Assembly (NCBI GenBank): GCA_902566515.1
Contig: CACFIX010000001.1
Location: 32,220-96,219 of the forward strand
Direction: 5' to 3'
DNA length: 64,000 nt
DNA from: an uncultured Candidatus Actinomarina sp.
GTDB taxonomy: Bacteria; Actinomycetota; Acidimicrobiia; Actinomarinales; Actinomarinaceae
Shown here: positions 51,926 to 60,888 of the stretch, in pieces
Numbering within the stretch: the first letter of the stretch is position 1
Layout: the number at the start of each line of letters is the position of its first letter
The notes under the pieces: generated by a model
What the model saw: the letters and a program-made list of their open reading frames with translations, nothing else
Databases searched by the model: none
What the model was told of the DNA's origin: nothing
Made by a program: the position numbers and the translations under genes

Positions 51926-54900
51926 ATGACTAAATCATTTGTTCATCTACATGCACATACAGAGTATTCAATGTTAGATGGTGCTGCAAAAATTGTTGAT
52001 TATTTAAGAAAAGTAAAAGAGTTAAACCAACCAGCTGCTGCAATAACTGATCATGGAAATCTTTACGGTGCAATGGAGTTTGTTCAAAAAGCAAATGATT
52101 TAGGAATCAAACCAATTATTGGATATGAAGCATATATCACGCCAGGTTCCAGATTTGATAGGCCAGATAGAGAAAATAATAAAAGATATCATTTAACTTT
52201 ATTAGCTGAAAATAATAATGGATACCAAAATTTAGTTGAATTAGTCAGTAAAGCATACACAGAGGGCTATTATTATAAACCCAGAATTGATTACGAACTT
52301 TTAGATCAACATCATGACGGCTTAATCGCTTTATCTGGATGTCTTGGAGGAGAGCTAGCACAACACTTAGCACCGGACGGTTCAGTAGAAGAAGGCAATA
52401 CCTCAAATGAAAGAAGTTTTGAAAAAGCTTTAGAGATTGCAAAAAAATATCAATCCATATTTGGTAAAGAAAATTATTTTATTGAAATCCATAATCATGG
52501 AATCAAGCAACAACTTGATATTCTTGATGACTTAGTGGAAATTGCTGAACTAATAGATGCACCACTTGTCGCTGCGAATGATTCCCATTATGTAGAGGAA
52601 AATGGCGCAGAAGCACATGATGCACTTCTTTGCGTTCAAACAAATAGAACATTAGATGACGAAAGCAGATTTAGGTTTGACGGTTCAGGTTATTACGTAA
52701 AGTCTGCTGAAGAGATGAGAAAATTGTTTCCTGAAGATAAGTATCCAGGTGCCTGTGACAACACGCTTGTAATTGCGGATAGAGTAAATTATGAATTTAA
52801 TTTTGACAACAGCTATCTCCCAGATTTTCCAATTGAAGATAAAAACGTTTCTCCAGAAGAGCTTTTAAAAATAAAAGTATATGAAGGGGGAGAACGTAAA
52901 TATGAGACTTTGACTTCTGAGATTATTGAAAGAATAGATTATGAATTGGATGTCATAAATTCTATGGGATTTGCTTCATATTTTTTAATCGTTGGTGATT
53001 TAATTGAATTTTCAAAAAAAAGAAATATAAGGACAGGAGCAGGAAGAGGATCAGCTGCAGGATCAATAGTTTCATATTGTTTAGGAATTACTGGAATTGA
53101 ACCACTTGAATATGGATTAATCTTTGAACGATTTCTTAATAAAGGAAGAAAATCTCTTCCTGATATTGATATGGACTTTGATGAGAGATACAGAAATGAT
53201 GTAATCCAATATGCTATTGACAAATATGGTCAAGACAGGGTTGCTCATATAGTTACTTTTGCGACAATTAAAGCTAAACAGGCAATAAGAGATGCAGCAA
53301 GAGTATTAGGACTTCCTTTTTCTAGTGGTGATAGAGTAGCAAAATTAATGCCTCCAATGATACTTGGAAATACAGCAACTATTTCAGAGTGCTTAAGTCT
53401 TGATGAAGAAAACACTAGTGGTTATAGCAAAGAATTTTATTCTGCTTCAGAAGAGCTTAGAAAACAATACAAAAATGATGAGGAAGCTAAAAAAATTATT
53501 GATATCGCTTTAGGTCTTGAAGGCTTAAGAAGACAAGATGGAATTCATGCTGCAGCTATAGTAATTTCTCCAGATACTATAACAAAATTTTTGCCAATTC
53601 AACAAAAAGGCTCAAATGCAGAAATTGTTACACAATATGAAATGCACACAGTGGAGCAACTTGGTTTATTAAAGATGGACTTTTTAGGACTGAGAAATTT
53701 ATCAATAGTTGATAGAACTTTAGAGCTTATTGGTAGTGAAAGCATTGATATAGACAATTTAAAACTAAATGATGAAAAAACTTTTAAGTTATTTTCTGAA
53801 GGTAAAATGACTGGAGTATTTCAACTGGAAAGTAGAGTAGCACAGTCTACTTCAAGAAGTTTAAAGCCAAAAAGATTTGAAGATATAGTTGCACTGGTTG
53901 CTTTAATTAGACCGGGACCCCTTGGTGCTGGTATGCACAATGAATTTGCGGATAGAGCAAACAATAGAAAAGAGATTGAATATCTACACAATGATCTTGA
54001 AAGTATTTTAAATGAAACTTATGGAGTGATTTTATACCAAGAACAAGTTATGCAGATTGCCGAAAAAATTGCAGGATTTAATCTGCAAGAAGCAGACAAT
54101 TTAAGAGTTGCTATGGGAAAAAAAATTCCAAAAGTAATGGAAGAGCAGAGGAAAAAATTTACAGATGGAGCTGTTTCCAACAATTATTCAGAACAGTTTG
54201 CTATAGAGCTATTTGACCAAATTGCATATTTTGCTGGTTATGGATTTAACAAAAGCCATTCAGTTCCGTATGCATTATTGGCATATCAAACAGCCTATTT
54301 AAAAGCTAATTATCCTGCTGAATACATAGCTGCTTGCTTAACAGCAGTTAAAAGAGATAAAGATCGTACTGCAATCTTTTTATCTGAAGCCAGGGATATG
54401 GGAGTAAAAGTTTCAACCCCAGATATTAATTTAAGCTCTTCAGATTTCACAGTTAATGACAATGAGATTCTTTTTGGCTTGTCTGCAGTGAGAAATGTAG
54501 GAGATATTACAGCGGACAAAATAGTTTTAGAACGAGATAGTAATGGAGACTTTAAATCTATTGAAGATTTTTTATCTCGTATAGACTCAAGATCTCTTAA
54601 CAAAAGAGGAGTCGAGGCATTAATTCAAGGGGGAGGCCTTGACAAATTTGGTTTTACAAGAAAAGGAATGTTTGATTCTGCTATAGAATTGATTGAGAAT
54701 GCAAAAGAACTAAAAGCTAATAAAGAAAACAACCAAGGAACTTTATTTCCGATTGGAGATTCTAATTCAACAACCATAAATATAAAAAATACTGAGTGGG
54801 ATAAAAAAGAACTACTTGAAAGAGAAAGGGAAATGCTTGGTTTTTTTGTAAGCGAAGATCCCCTTGAAGGATATGGAGAAGTTTTAAAATCTGAGTCCTC

Positions 54901-55423
54901 CCATTCAATTATTGAACTACAGAGCGTAGGAGACGAAGAAGAATTAAATGTAACAATTTCAGGATTAATTTCAAATGTTCAAAAACGAGTTTCTAGAAGA
55001 GGTAATCCATGGATACAATTTGACATACAAGATCTTACAGGAACTTCAGGAGTACTTTTATTTAACAAGTTAGTAGATAAATATAATGCATCAATAGATG
55101 GAGAAATCTATCTCAAAGTTTCTGGAACTTATGTTGGAGGGTCTGAAAATACTATTAGAGCCAGAGATATTGAAGTCATAGAACCATCAAAAATGATTGA
55201 AAATTTAGATGTTTCACCACTTAGAATATCAGTTGATGAAGAAAAGTTAGACAAAAAAAACTTAGTGCTTTTGAAAGAATTGTTAGAAAAATTTCCGGGA
55301 TTATCTTCAGTTGAGCTTGAAGTGAACTCAAAATCTGGTTCAAGATTATTGGAATTAAAAGAAATAAAAGTAAAGAAAACCAATCAACTCAAGAATGAAA
55401 TTATTACATTACTGGCAAAATAA
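51926..55423 (+). CDS. dnaE: DNA polymerase III alpha subunit
   Basis: HLHAHTEYSMLDG, TDHG, GRGSAAGS, PDIDMD, KMDFLGL, YGFNKSH. Confidence 0.98.
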   Translation: MTKSFVHLHAHTEYSMLDGAAKIVDYLRKVKELNQPAAAITDHGNLYGAMEFVQKANDLGIKPIIGYEAYITPGSRFDRPDRENNKRYHLTLLAENNNGYQNLVELVSKAYTEGYYYKPRIDYELLDQHHDGLIALSGCLGGELAQHLAPDGSVEEGNTSNERSFEKALEIAKKYQSIFGKENYFIEIHNHGIKQQLDILDDLVEIAELIDAPLVAANDSHYVEENGAEAHDALLCVQTNRTLDDESRFRFDGSGYYVKSAEEMRKLFPEDKYPGACDNTLVIADRVNYEFNFDNSYLPDFPIEDKNVSPEELLKIKVYEGGERKYETLTSEIIERIDYELDVINSMGFASYFLIVGDLIEFSKKRNIRTGAGRGSAAGSIVSYCLGITGIEPLEYGLIFERFLNKGRKSLPDIDMDFDERYRNDVIQYAIDKYGQDRVAHIVTFATIKAKQAIRDAARVLGLPFSSGDRVAKLMPPMILGNTATISECLSLDEENTSGYSKEFYSASEELRKQYKNDEEAKKIIDIALGLEGLRRQDGIHAAAIVISPDTITKFLPIQQKGSNAEIVTQYEMHTVEQLGLLKMDFLGLRNLSIVDRTLELIGSESIDIDNLKLNDEKTFKLFSEGKMTGVFQLESRVAQSTSRSLKPKRFEDIVALVALIRPGPLGAGMHNEFADRANNRKEIEYLHNDLESILNETYGVILYQEQVMQIAEKIAGFNLQEADNLRVAMGKKIPKVMEEQRKKFTDGAVSNNYSEQFAIELFDQIAYFAGYGFNKSHSVPYALLAYQTAYLKANYPAEYIAACLTAVKRDKDRTAIFLSEARDMGVKVSTPDINLSSSDFTVNDNEILFGLSAVRNVGDITADKIVLERDSNGDFKSIEDFLSRIDSRSLNKRGVEALIQGGGLDKFGFTRKGMFDSAIELIENAKELKANKENNQGTLFPIGDSNSTTINIKNTEWDKKELLEREREMLGFFVSEDPLEGYGEVLKSESSHSIIELQSVGDEEELNVTISGLISNVQKRVSRRGNPWIQFDIQDLTGTSGVLLFNKLVDKYNASIDGEIYLKVSGTYVGGSENTIRARDIEVIEPSKMIENLDVSPLRISVDEEKLDKKNLVLLKELLEKFPGLSSVELEVNSKSGSRLLELKEIKVKKTNQLKNEIITLLAK

Positions 55424-55436
55424 CTAGAATTTAATT

Positions 55437-55646
55437 ATGACGTTAAATGTAGAAGATTTAATAAATAGATTTAAAGAGCGTGCTGAAGCTGTAAAGAATC
55501 GTTCTATTCCACCTGTAGGAGGGGATGATAGAATGGCATTTATTAAACAAGCTGAAACAGACTATCAAGATTTTATGATGATTGCTGATTCAGAAGTTGA
55601 AATTACTGAAAAATATTTAATTTTAAAATTTAAATTAGATAATTAG
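55437..55646 (+). CDS. Small hypothetical protein (69 aa)
   Basis: Protein-like composition, own TAGAAT -10 six nt before ATG, fills the gap. Confidence 0.7.
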   Translation: MTLNVEDLINRFKERAEAVKNRSIPPVGGDDRMAFIKQAETDYQDFMMIADSEVEITEKYLILKFKLDN

Positions 55647-56305
55647 TTTAAATTTTCTCCCATTGGAAAAATTTTATTAATCACATCCGCACATGCTATT
55701 GCAATTTCCATGTGTTCTTTTTGAGTTCCATTAGCTGATCTGAGTTCAATGTAATGTATCCAGCTTCTTAACGTTCCATTCATGTATAGACGACTTACAG
55801 TATTGCCTTCTGGCAAAACAGATCTTGCTTGCTCTTTAGCAATACCATTTTCAATTGCCCAGTTATAGGCTTCAGTTGCGTCTTTGATTATCTTTTCTTG
55901 TTTATTTTTCCAATTCTCTGATATTTCATCATTTTCAGTTTCGATAGAATTTTGTCTGTTTTTTGGATCTTGCATTCTTGCTTCTCTCACAATGAATTCC
56001 AAATCTTTTACGGGATTGGCATATCGTTGGCTAAATTCCTGAAAACTAAAAGATCTATGTCTCAACATTTGTCTTGCTATATCCCTTGTTGTTTCGATTT
56101 CTAGACAAGCGCTAACCATTTCTAGTGGTGACCAATGGGCATTGTTGATAAGATATTTTATTAATCTTTCACTAGTCTCTGTGTTTAGTTGATTTGATGG
56201 ATTAGAAACCCTTGCACAGAAAGCAACCAATTCTTGAGCATCGTCGATACCACTATCAGCAATTTCTTCAGTTGGTTTGGAATAACTTATTAATTTAACT
56301 TTCAT
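55643..56305 (-). CDS. thyX: FAD-dependent thymidylate synthase
   Basis: ARVS, HWSPLE, RHRSFSFQEFSQRY, EQARSVLP, TQKEH. Confidence 0.96.
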   Translation of the reverse strand: MKVKLISYSKPTEEIADSGIDDAQELVAFCARVSNPSNQLNTETSERLIKYLINNAHWSPLEMVSACLEIETTRDIARQMLRHRSFSFQEFSQRYANPVKDLEFIVREARMQDPKNRQNSIETENDEISENWKNKQEKIIKDATEAYNWAIENGIAKEQARSVLPEGNTVSRLYMNGTLRSWIHYIELRSANGTQKEHMEIAIACADVINKIFPMGENLN

Positions 56306-56334
56306 TTATGTAACTATATTAAAATATTTAAAAT

Positions 56335-56598
56335 ATGTTTTTATTAAGAATAATAGTTTTTTTAATCTTGATTTCGCTAGTCATGATTCTTGCATATCCT
56401 TTATTAATTGTTTTCGATATTTCAACTGGTGGAAATGGTTTTGGTGTATGCGAAGATCTTTTGACTTGTACGATTCCAATTACTGCAGGCCCAAGATTAC
56501 TTGTAACTCTTATTAGCGCTTTTTTCTTTCTAGTTTTTTTACTAAGAATTATTATGAAATCTATAAATTACTTAAATAAAGAAGAATCTATTCTTTAA
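56335..56598 (+). CDS. Small two-TM hypothetical protein with Cys pair
   Basis: TM-GGNGFGVCEDLLTC-TM. Confidence 0.6.
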   Translation: MFLLRIIVFLILISLVMILAYPLLIVFDISTGGNGFGVCEDLLTCTIPITAGPRLLVTLISAFFFLVFLLRIIMKSINYLNKEESIL

Positions 56599-57427
56599 TC
56601 ACTAGAAATATTGAAAACAAAACTAGTGATACTCCAATCCAGCTCATCAATCCTAACATTTCACCAGCAATCAATATTCCGATAAAAAGAGCAAAAATTG
56701 CCTCCAAACTCAAAATTAATGCTGATGTAGATGCTTTAATTGCTTTTTGCCCATAAAGTTGAAGATAGAATGCACCAACATTTACAACTATTCCTAGAAA
56801 AGATATTGGTAATATATATCCAATTAGATTTGAAAACTCATTTATATTCAAAAAAGGAACGCAAAGAATAGCACCTGTTATTGATTGAACTGCCATGAGC
56901 TGAGAGATACTAAGATTGCTGACATATCTTTCAACAAAAACTATGTGCATTGCATATGCAATTGCGCAAATAAATGTAAAAATATTTCCAAAGATTTGGG
57001 AAAAATCAGTTATTGAAATAAAAACAATACCTAAGAATCCCAAAATGGAATACAAATAGTTACTACGGGTTAGCGAAGTTTTGTTAATTGCTCTAGAAAA
57101 AAAAGGAGTCAAAACAACATAAAAACCAGTCACTACTCCAGAATTAATTGTTGAGGTAGTTACTAGACCTTGAGTTTGGGAAATGTAACCAACCCAAAGG
57201 AAAAAACCCATCAGCACCCCTGGTTTCAAAGTTTCCTTTTTTGGTAATCCACCGATTATTAAGAAAAAGAATGCAGCAATTAAATATCTCATGAAAACAA
57301 CAAATGTTGGACTAAAAGTACCTAACAAGTTTTTAACAATTAAAAATGTTGAACCAAAGAACATTGCTGAAAAAAACAGCGCAAACAATGACTTATTTTT
57401 ATCACTTAACAACATATGGTTGAACAA
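56588..57427 (-). CDS. DMT/EamA family transporter
   Basis: FGSTF, MRY, QTQGL..T, LEAIFA; 10 TM in two repeats. Confidence 0.9.
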   Translation of the reverse strand: MFNHMLLSDKNKSLFALFFSAMFFGSTFLIVKNLLGTFSPTFVVFMRYLIAAFFFLIIGGLPKKETLKPGVLMGFFLWVGYISQTQGLVTTSTINSGVVTGFYVVLTPFFSRAINKTSLTRSNYLYSILGFLGIVFISITDFSQIFGNIFTFICAIAYAMHIVFVERYVSNLSISQLMAVQSITGAILCVPFLNINEFSNLIGYILPISFLGIVVNVGAFYLQLYGQKAIKASTSALILSLEAIFALFIGILIAGEMLGLMSWIGVSLVLFSIFLVIKE

Positions 57428-57451
57428 TAATATATTGTTTAAAATAGTGAT

Positions 57452-58093
57452 GTGATAACAAATAAAGAAAAAAAAGCGAATGATATTTTAGAAATACTTG
57501 AAAAATTATATCCTAAAACTCCAATTCCTTTATCTCACAAAGACCCTTATACACTATTGGTAGCAGTTGTACTATCAGCCCAATGTACTGATGAAAGAGT
57601 AAATAAAATTACTCCACTTTTGTTCAAAGAAGCAAACAATCCCAAAAAAATGGTAAAGCTTGGTGTAAGAAATATAGAAAAAATAATTAGACCTTGTGGT
57701 CTATCACCACAAAAATCTAAAGCAATCCACACTTTATCAAAAATACTTGATAAAAATCATGGTTCTAAAGTTCCAGAAAATTTTAAAGATCTTGAAAATT
57801 TACCCGGTGTTGGACATAAAACAGCCTCAGTAGTTATGAGTCAAGCATTTGGGTTCCCTACTTTTCCAGTTGATACCCATATTCATCGTTTAGCTTGGAG
57901 GTGGGGACTTTCAACAGGAAAAAATGTAGAACAAACTGAAAAAGATTTAAAACGCTTATTTCCTATGGATAAATGGAATAAATTGCATTTACAAATAATA
58001 TTTTATGGAAGAGAGTTTTGTCCAGCTAGAGGTCATGATTTAGAAAAATGTATTATTTGCTTGAAGCATAGAAGAAAAAATAATTTCAAATAA
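57452..58093 (+). CDS. nth: Endonuclease III
   Basis: LSAQCTD, LPGVGHKTA, VDTHIHR, C-terminal Cys cluster. Confidence 0.95.
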   Translation: MITNKEKKANDILEILEKLYPKTPIPLSHKDPYTLLVAVVLSAQCTDERVNKITPLLFKEANNPKKMVKLGVRNIEKIIRPCGLSPQKSKAIHTLSKILDKNHGSKVPENFKDLENLPGVGHKTASVVMSQAFGFPTFPVDTHIHRLAWRWGLSTGKNVEQTEKDLKRLFPMDKWNKLHLQIIFYGREFCPARGHDLEKCIICLKHRRKNNFK

Positions 58094-58144
58094 TCACAAG
58101 TATCATAAATATTCATAAAAAAAATCAAAGTATATATTTATATA

Positions 58145-58852
58145 ATGGACCTTAATTTTGGAATTGCATTTTTTTTTGGAGTCATATCATTTTTTTCACC
58201 TTGCGTCTTACCTCTAGTGCCTGGTTATCTTGCTATATTTTCATTAAATAAAAATGATCAAATTTCACGTATAATTGGATCATTACAGTTCGTACTAGGT
58301 TTCTCTTTTGTCTTTGTTAGTTTGGGTGCTCTGGCAACTACTCTAGGATCTTTTTTTAGTAGAAATTCCACAATTTTGTCACAAATTAGTGGATTCATAA
58401 TTATATTTTTTGGTTTAATACTTTTAATTCCTAAATTAAATACTCGATATTTTTATGGTTCTAATTTATTAAATATTGATAAATTCAATAAATCCAAAAA
58501 CTTACTTATGGGATTTACTTTTGGATTCGGCTTTACTCCTTGTATTGGTCCAGTTCTTGGAGCTCTATTAACACTTTCTTCAAAGGCAGAAACAATAAAT
58601 AGTGGAGTATTTTATTTAATTATGTTTTCTTTAGGTATGGGAATACCATTTCTTTCTATTGCTATTCTTTCAAATCGAATCAATCTTAAAAATAGGTTAT
58701 TCGTAAATTTTCAAAAATTCTCAAGTAAATTTTCAGGACTTGTTTTAATTGGAATAGGTTCACTTATTTATACAGACAAAATGTATATTTTGGCTTCTTT
58801 CTTTCAAGAGATACTGTATTTATTAAATCTTGATTGGTTGAGTACAATCTAG
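58145..58852 (+). CDS. ccdA: Cytochrome c biogenesis protein CcdA
   Basis: SFFSPCVLPLVP, FTPCIGPVLG, LGMGIPF. Confidence 0.93.
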   Translation: MDLNFGIAFFFGVISFFSPCVLPLVPGYLAIFSLNKNDQISRIIGSLQFVLGFSFVFVSLGALATTLGSFFSRNSTILSQISGFIIIFFGLILLIPKLNTRYFYGSNLLNIDKFNKSKNLLMGFTFGFGFTPCIGPVLGALLTLSSKAETINSGVFYLIMFSLGMGIPFLSIAILSNRINLKNRLFVNFQKFSSKFSGLVLIGIGSLIYTDKMYILASFFQEILYLLNLDWLSTI

Positions 58853-58855
58853 GAT

Positions 58856-59425
58856 ATGTCATTAAATATAAGCAGTGAAGTATCTTTAAAGTTTTCTGGG
58901 AAAGATGCCTATAGCTTTGTTGATTCACTTATTTCAAATTCAATCTCAGAATCTGAAATAAAGTTTTCATATCTTTTAGGACCAGATGGAAAAGTTATGT
59001 TTTGGTTTATTTGTTCACTAAACAGTCAAGAATTTCATATGTATCAATCCTTAGACGTACTTGAAGAAATGATAGAAGTATTTAATAAATATAAAATTAG
59101 GATTGATTGTGATATTGAAATATCTAAAAAAGCTACTAACTTTAAAATTCAAAAAGATGGTGATAAATTAAATGTTATTCCCTCAAACAAATTAGAGGAC
59201 AATAAATCTTGGGATATGTTGGGATTGTCGCTTGAACTACCTTTAAAAAATATTATTGATAACGGCATACTTCCAAATGAAGTTAATTGGCTAGAGAATT
59301 TTGTTGATTATTTTAAAGGTTGTTTTATGGGGCAGGAACAAACTTCGAGGGTTAAATATAGAGGCAGGCCCAGAAGAATTCTTAAAACGTTACCAAACTC
59401 AACTCAGGAAATAGTAAAAATCTAA
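58856..59425 (+). CDS. Minimal YgfZ/GcvT-like folate-binding protein
   Basis: GKDAYSFV, GPDGK, LPNE and KGCFMGQE signature. Confidence 0.8.
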   Translation: MSLNISSEVSLKFSGKDAYSFVDSLISNSISESEIKFSYLLGPDGKVMFWFICSLNSQEFHMYQSLDVLEEMIEVFNKYKIRIDCDIEISKKATNFKIQKDGDKLNVIPSNKLEDNKSWDMLGLSLELPLKNIIDNGILPNEVNWLENFVDYFKGCFMGQEQTSRVKYRGRPRRILKTLPNSTQEIVKI

Positions 59426-59431
59426 AATTAT

Positions 59432-59749
59432 ATGGTTACAAATAAACCTAGATGCAGTTATTGTGGTCGCATTTTACACAAACAAGTTTCTGAAAAATAT
59501 TTTGTTTGCTCAATTAAATGTAAATATTTAATTAAAAATACAGAATATATTATTTCAGTAGATTCTATTGTCTTTAATCTTAATAGTTATAAGTGGAATA
59601 AAGTTGAAGATTTATTACAAAAAGCTCAAATTAATAAATTTGATTTTATATCCTCTGTAAGAAGACTTATTTATTTTCAAGCAAAGTTAAAAGCTAAAGA
59701 TACTAAAGAAATAAACCAAAAGTCTTTAATATCTAAAGTGAAAATATAG
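59432..59749 (+). CDS. Hypothetical protein with CxxC-x14-CxxxC zinc-binding motif
   Basis: CSYC...VCSIKC followed by a basic helical region. Confidence 0.6.
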   Translation: MVTNKPRCSYCGRILHKQVSEKYFVCSIKCKYLIKNTEYIISVDSIVFNLNSYKWNKVEDLLQKAQINKFDFISSVRRLIYFQAKLKAKDTKEINQKSLISKVKI

Positions 59750-60329
59750 CTCCTTTATCAAATTTTTTTAAAGATACTTGAACTATTGGTCCAATACTTA
59801 TTACCATAAACACAGTCCCTAAGCCAAAAGATCCTCCGAGGACAACCCCAGTTATAAATGCAGTAAAGTCAATTGCAATCCTTGTTACCCTTATGCTTGG
59901 ACCAAGTCTTGAAACTCCTACCATAATCCCATCTCTTGGTCCTGGTCCAAGTCCTGAACCGACATATATACCAATCCCTATACCAAAACAAATAGTTCCA
60001 AATATAAGATAGGCAATTTTTATAATCAAGTCATCTGGACTCTGAATGTAATGCATAGTTAAGTCAGTAACATTTCCTATAGTCAAAATATTTAAAATTG
60101 TGCCAATGAATGGTTTTTGTTTTAGAGGTATCCATCCTAACAAAACAATAAATCCAGTAATAACAGATGCTTGACCAATTTTTACATTTATTAATTTACT
60201 AAAACCATCATGAAAAACATCCCATGGGTTCAATCCTAGGTTGGCTTCAATTGTGAATCCCAAACCCATTCCACAAAGAAACAAACCTATCATTAGTTGT
60301 GGAAGTCTATTAATAACTCTTTTAGTCAT
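59733..60329 (-). CDS. YczE/YitT family membrane protein
   Basis: LGLNPWDVFHDG, IGT, LGPGPRDG, GLGT. Confidence 0.88.
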   Translation of the reverse strand: MTKRVINRLPQLMIGLFLCGMGLGFTIEANLGLNPWDVFHDGFSKLINVKIGQASVITGFIVLLGWIPLKQKPFIGTILNILTIGNVTDLTMHYIQSPDDLIIKIAYLIFGTICFGIGIGIYVGSGLGPGPRDGIMVGVSRLGPSIRVTRIAIDFTAFITGVVLGGSFGLGTVFMVISIGPIVQVSLKKFDKGAIFSL

Positions 60330-60699
60330 TATTTATAAAGAGATTTTCAAGTTGAGATATATTTTCAGGACATAGCTCGTAAGTAGATTGGAATCTTAAT
60401 ATAGGCACAATTCGGTCATCCTTATCAATTGATAAACCGTAATTATTTATTTGTGATGTGATTATTTCAATAGAAGAATTTTCATTAGTCCACTTTTCTG
60501 CATTAAGACAGATTTCTTTACCCAGATTGACTAAATCAGAATCGTTCAATTCATTTAACGTATCTTCACTATCCGCAATTCTGACTTGATTAATAAATTC
60601 ATCACCAAATATTTCAGAATTAAAAGTGCTATAACTTATAAAACCAATTACGGAAATAATAAAAATGACTATAAAAGTTATTAAAGTTTTATCGTTCAT
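60322..60699 (-). CDS. Membrane-anchored hypothetical protein, DUF732-like
   Basis: N-terminal TM; GKEIC...LCP Cys pair. Confidence 0.5.
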   Translation of the reverse strand: MNDKTLITFIVIFIISVIGFISYSTFNSEIFGDEFINQVRIADSEDTLNELNDSDLVNLGKEICLNAEKWTNENSSIEIITSQINNYGLSIDKDDRIVPILRFQSTYELCPENISQLENLFINND

Positions 60700-60741
60700 A
60701 TTATATTATTAGCCCTTCTTTGATTTATTTTACTAAATTAG

Positions 60742-60823
60742 TACCCGGAGGGGGAGTCGAACCCCCACATCCGAAGATACTGGATTTTGAATCCAGCGCG
60801 TCTGCCAATTCCGCCATCCGGGC
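60742..60823 (-). tRNA. tRNA-Leu(CAA), CCA not encoded
   Basis: GCCCGGA/TCCGGGT acceptor stem, CTGGA-TTCAAAA-TCCAG anticodon arm, variable arm, GGTTCGACTCC T-loop. Confidence 0.96.
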
Positions 60824-60888
60824 TTTATAAAGATTATATTCATATCAAAATAAATGAGAGAAAATTTTTATAAGTTTACAATAATATT

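Noticed and set aside
51926..55423. Intein in dnaE
   Set aside because: Normal length (1165 aa) and continuous motifs
59432..60823. tRNA-Leu-anchored genomic island
   Set aside because: No integrase and no duplicated tRNA 3' end seen; only a few small genes
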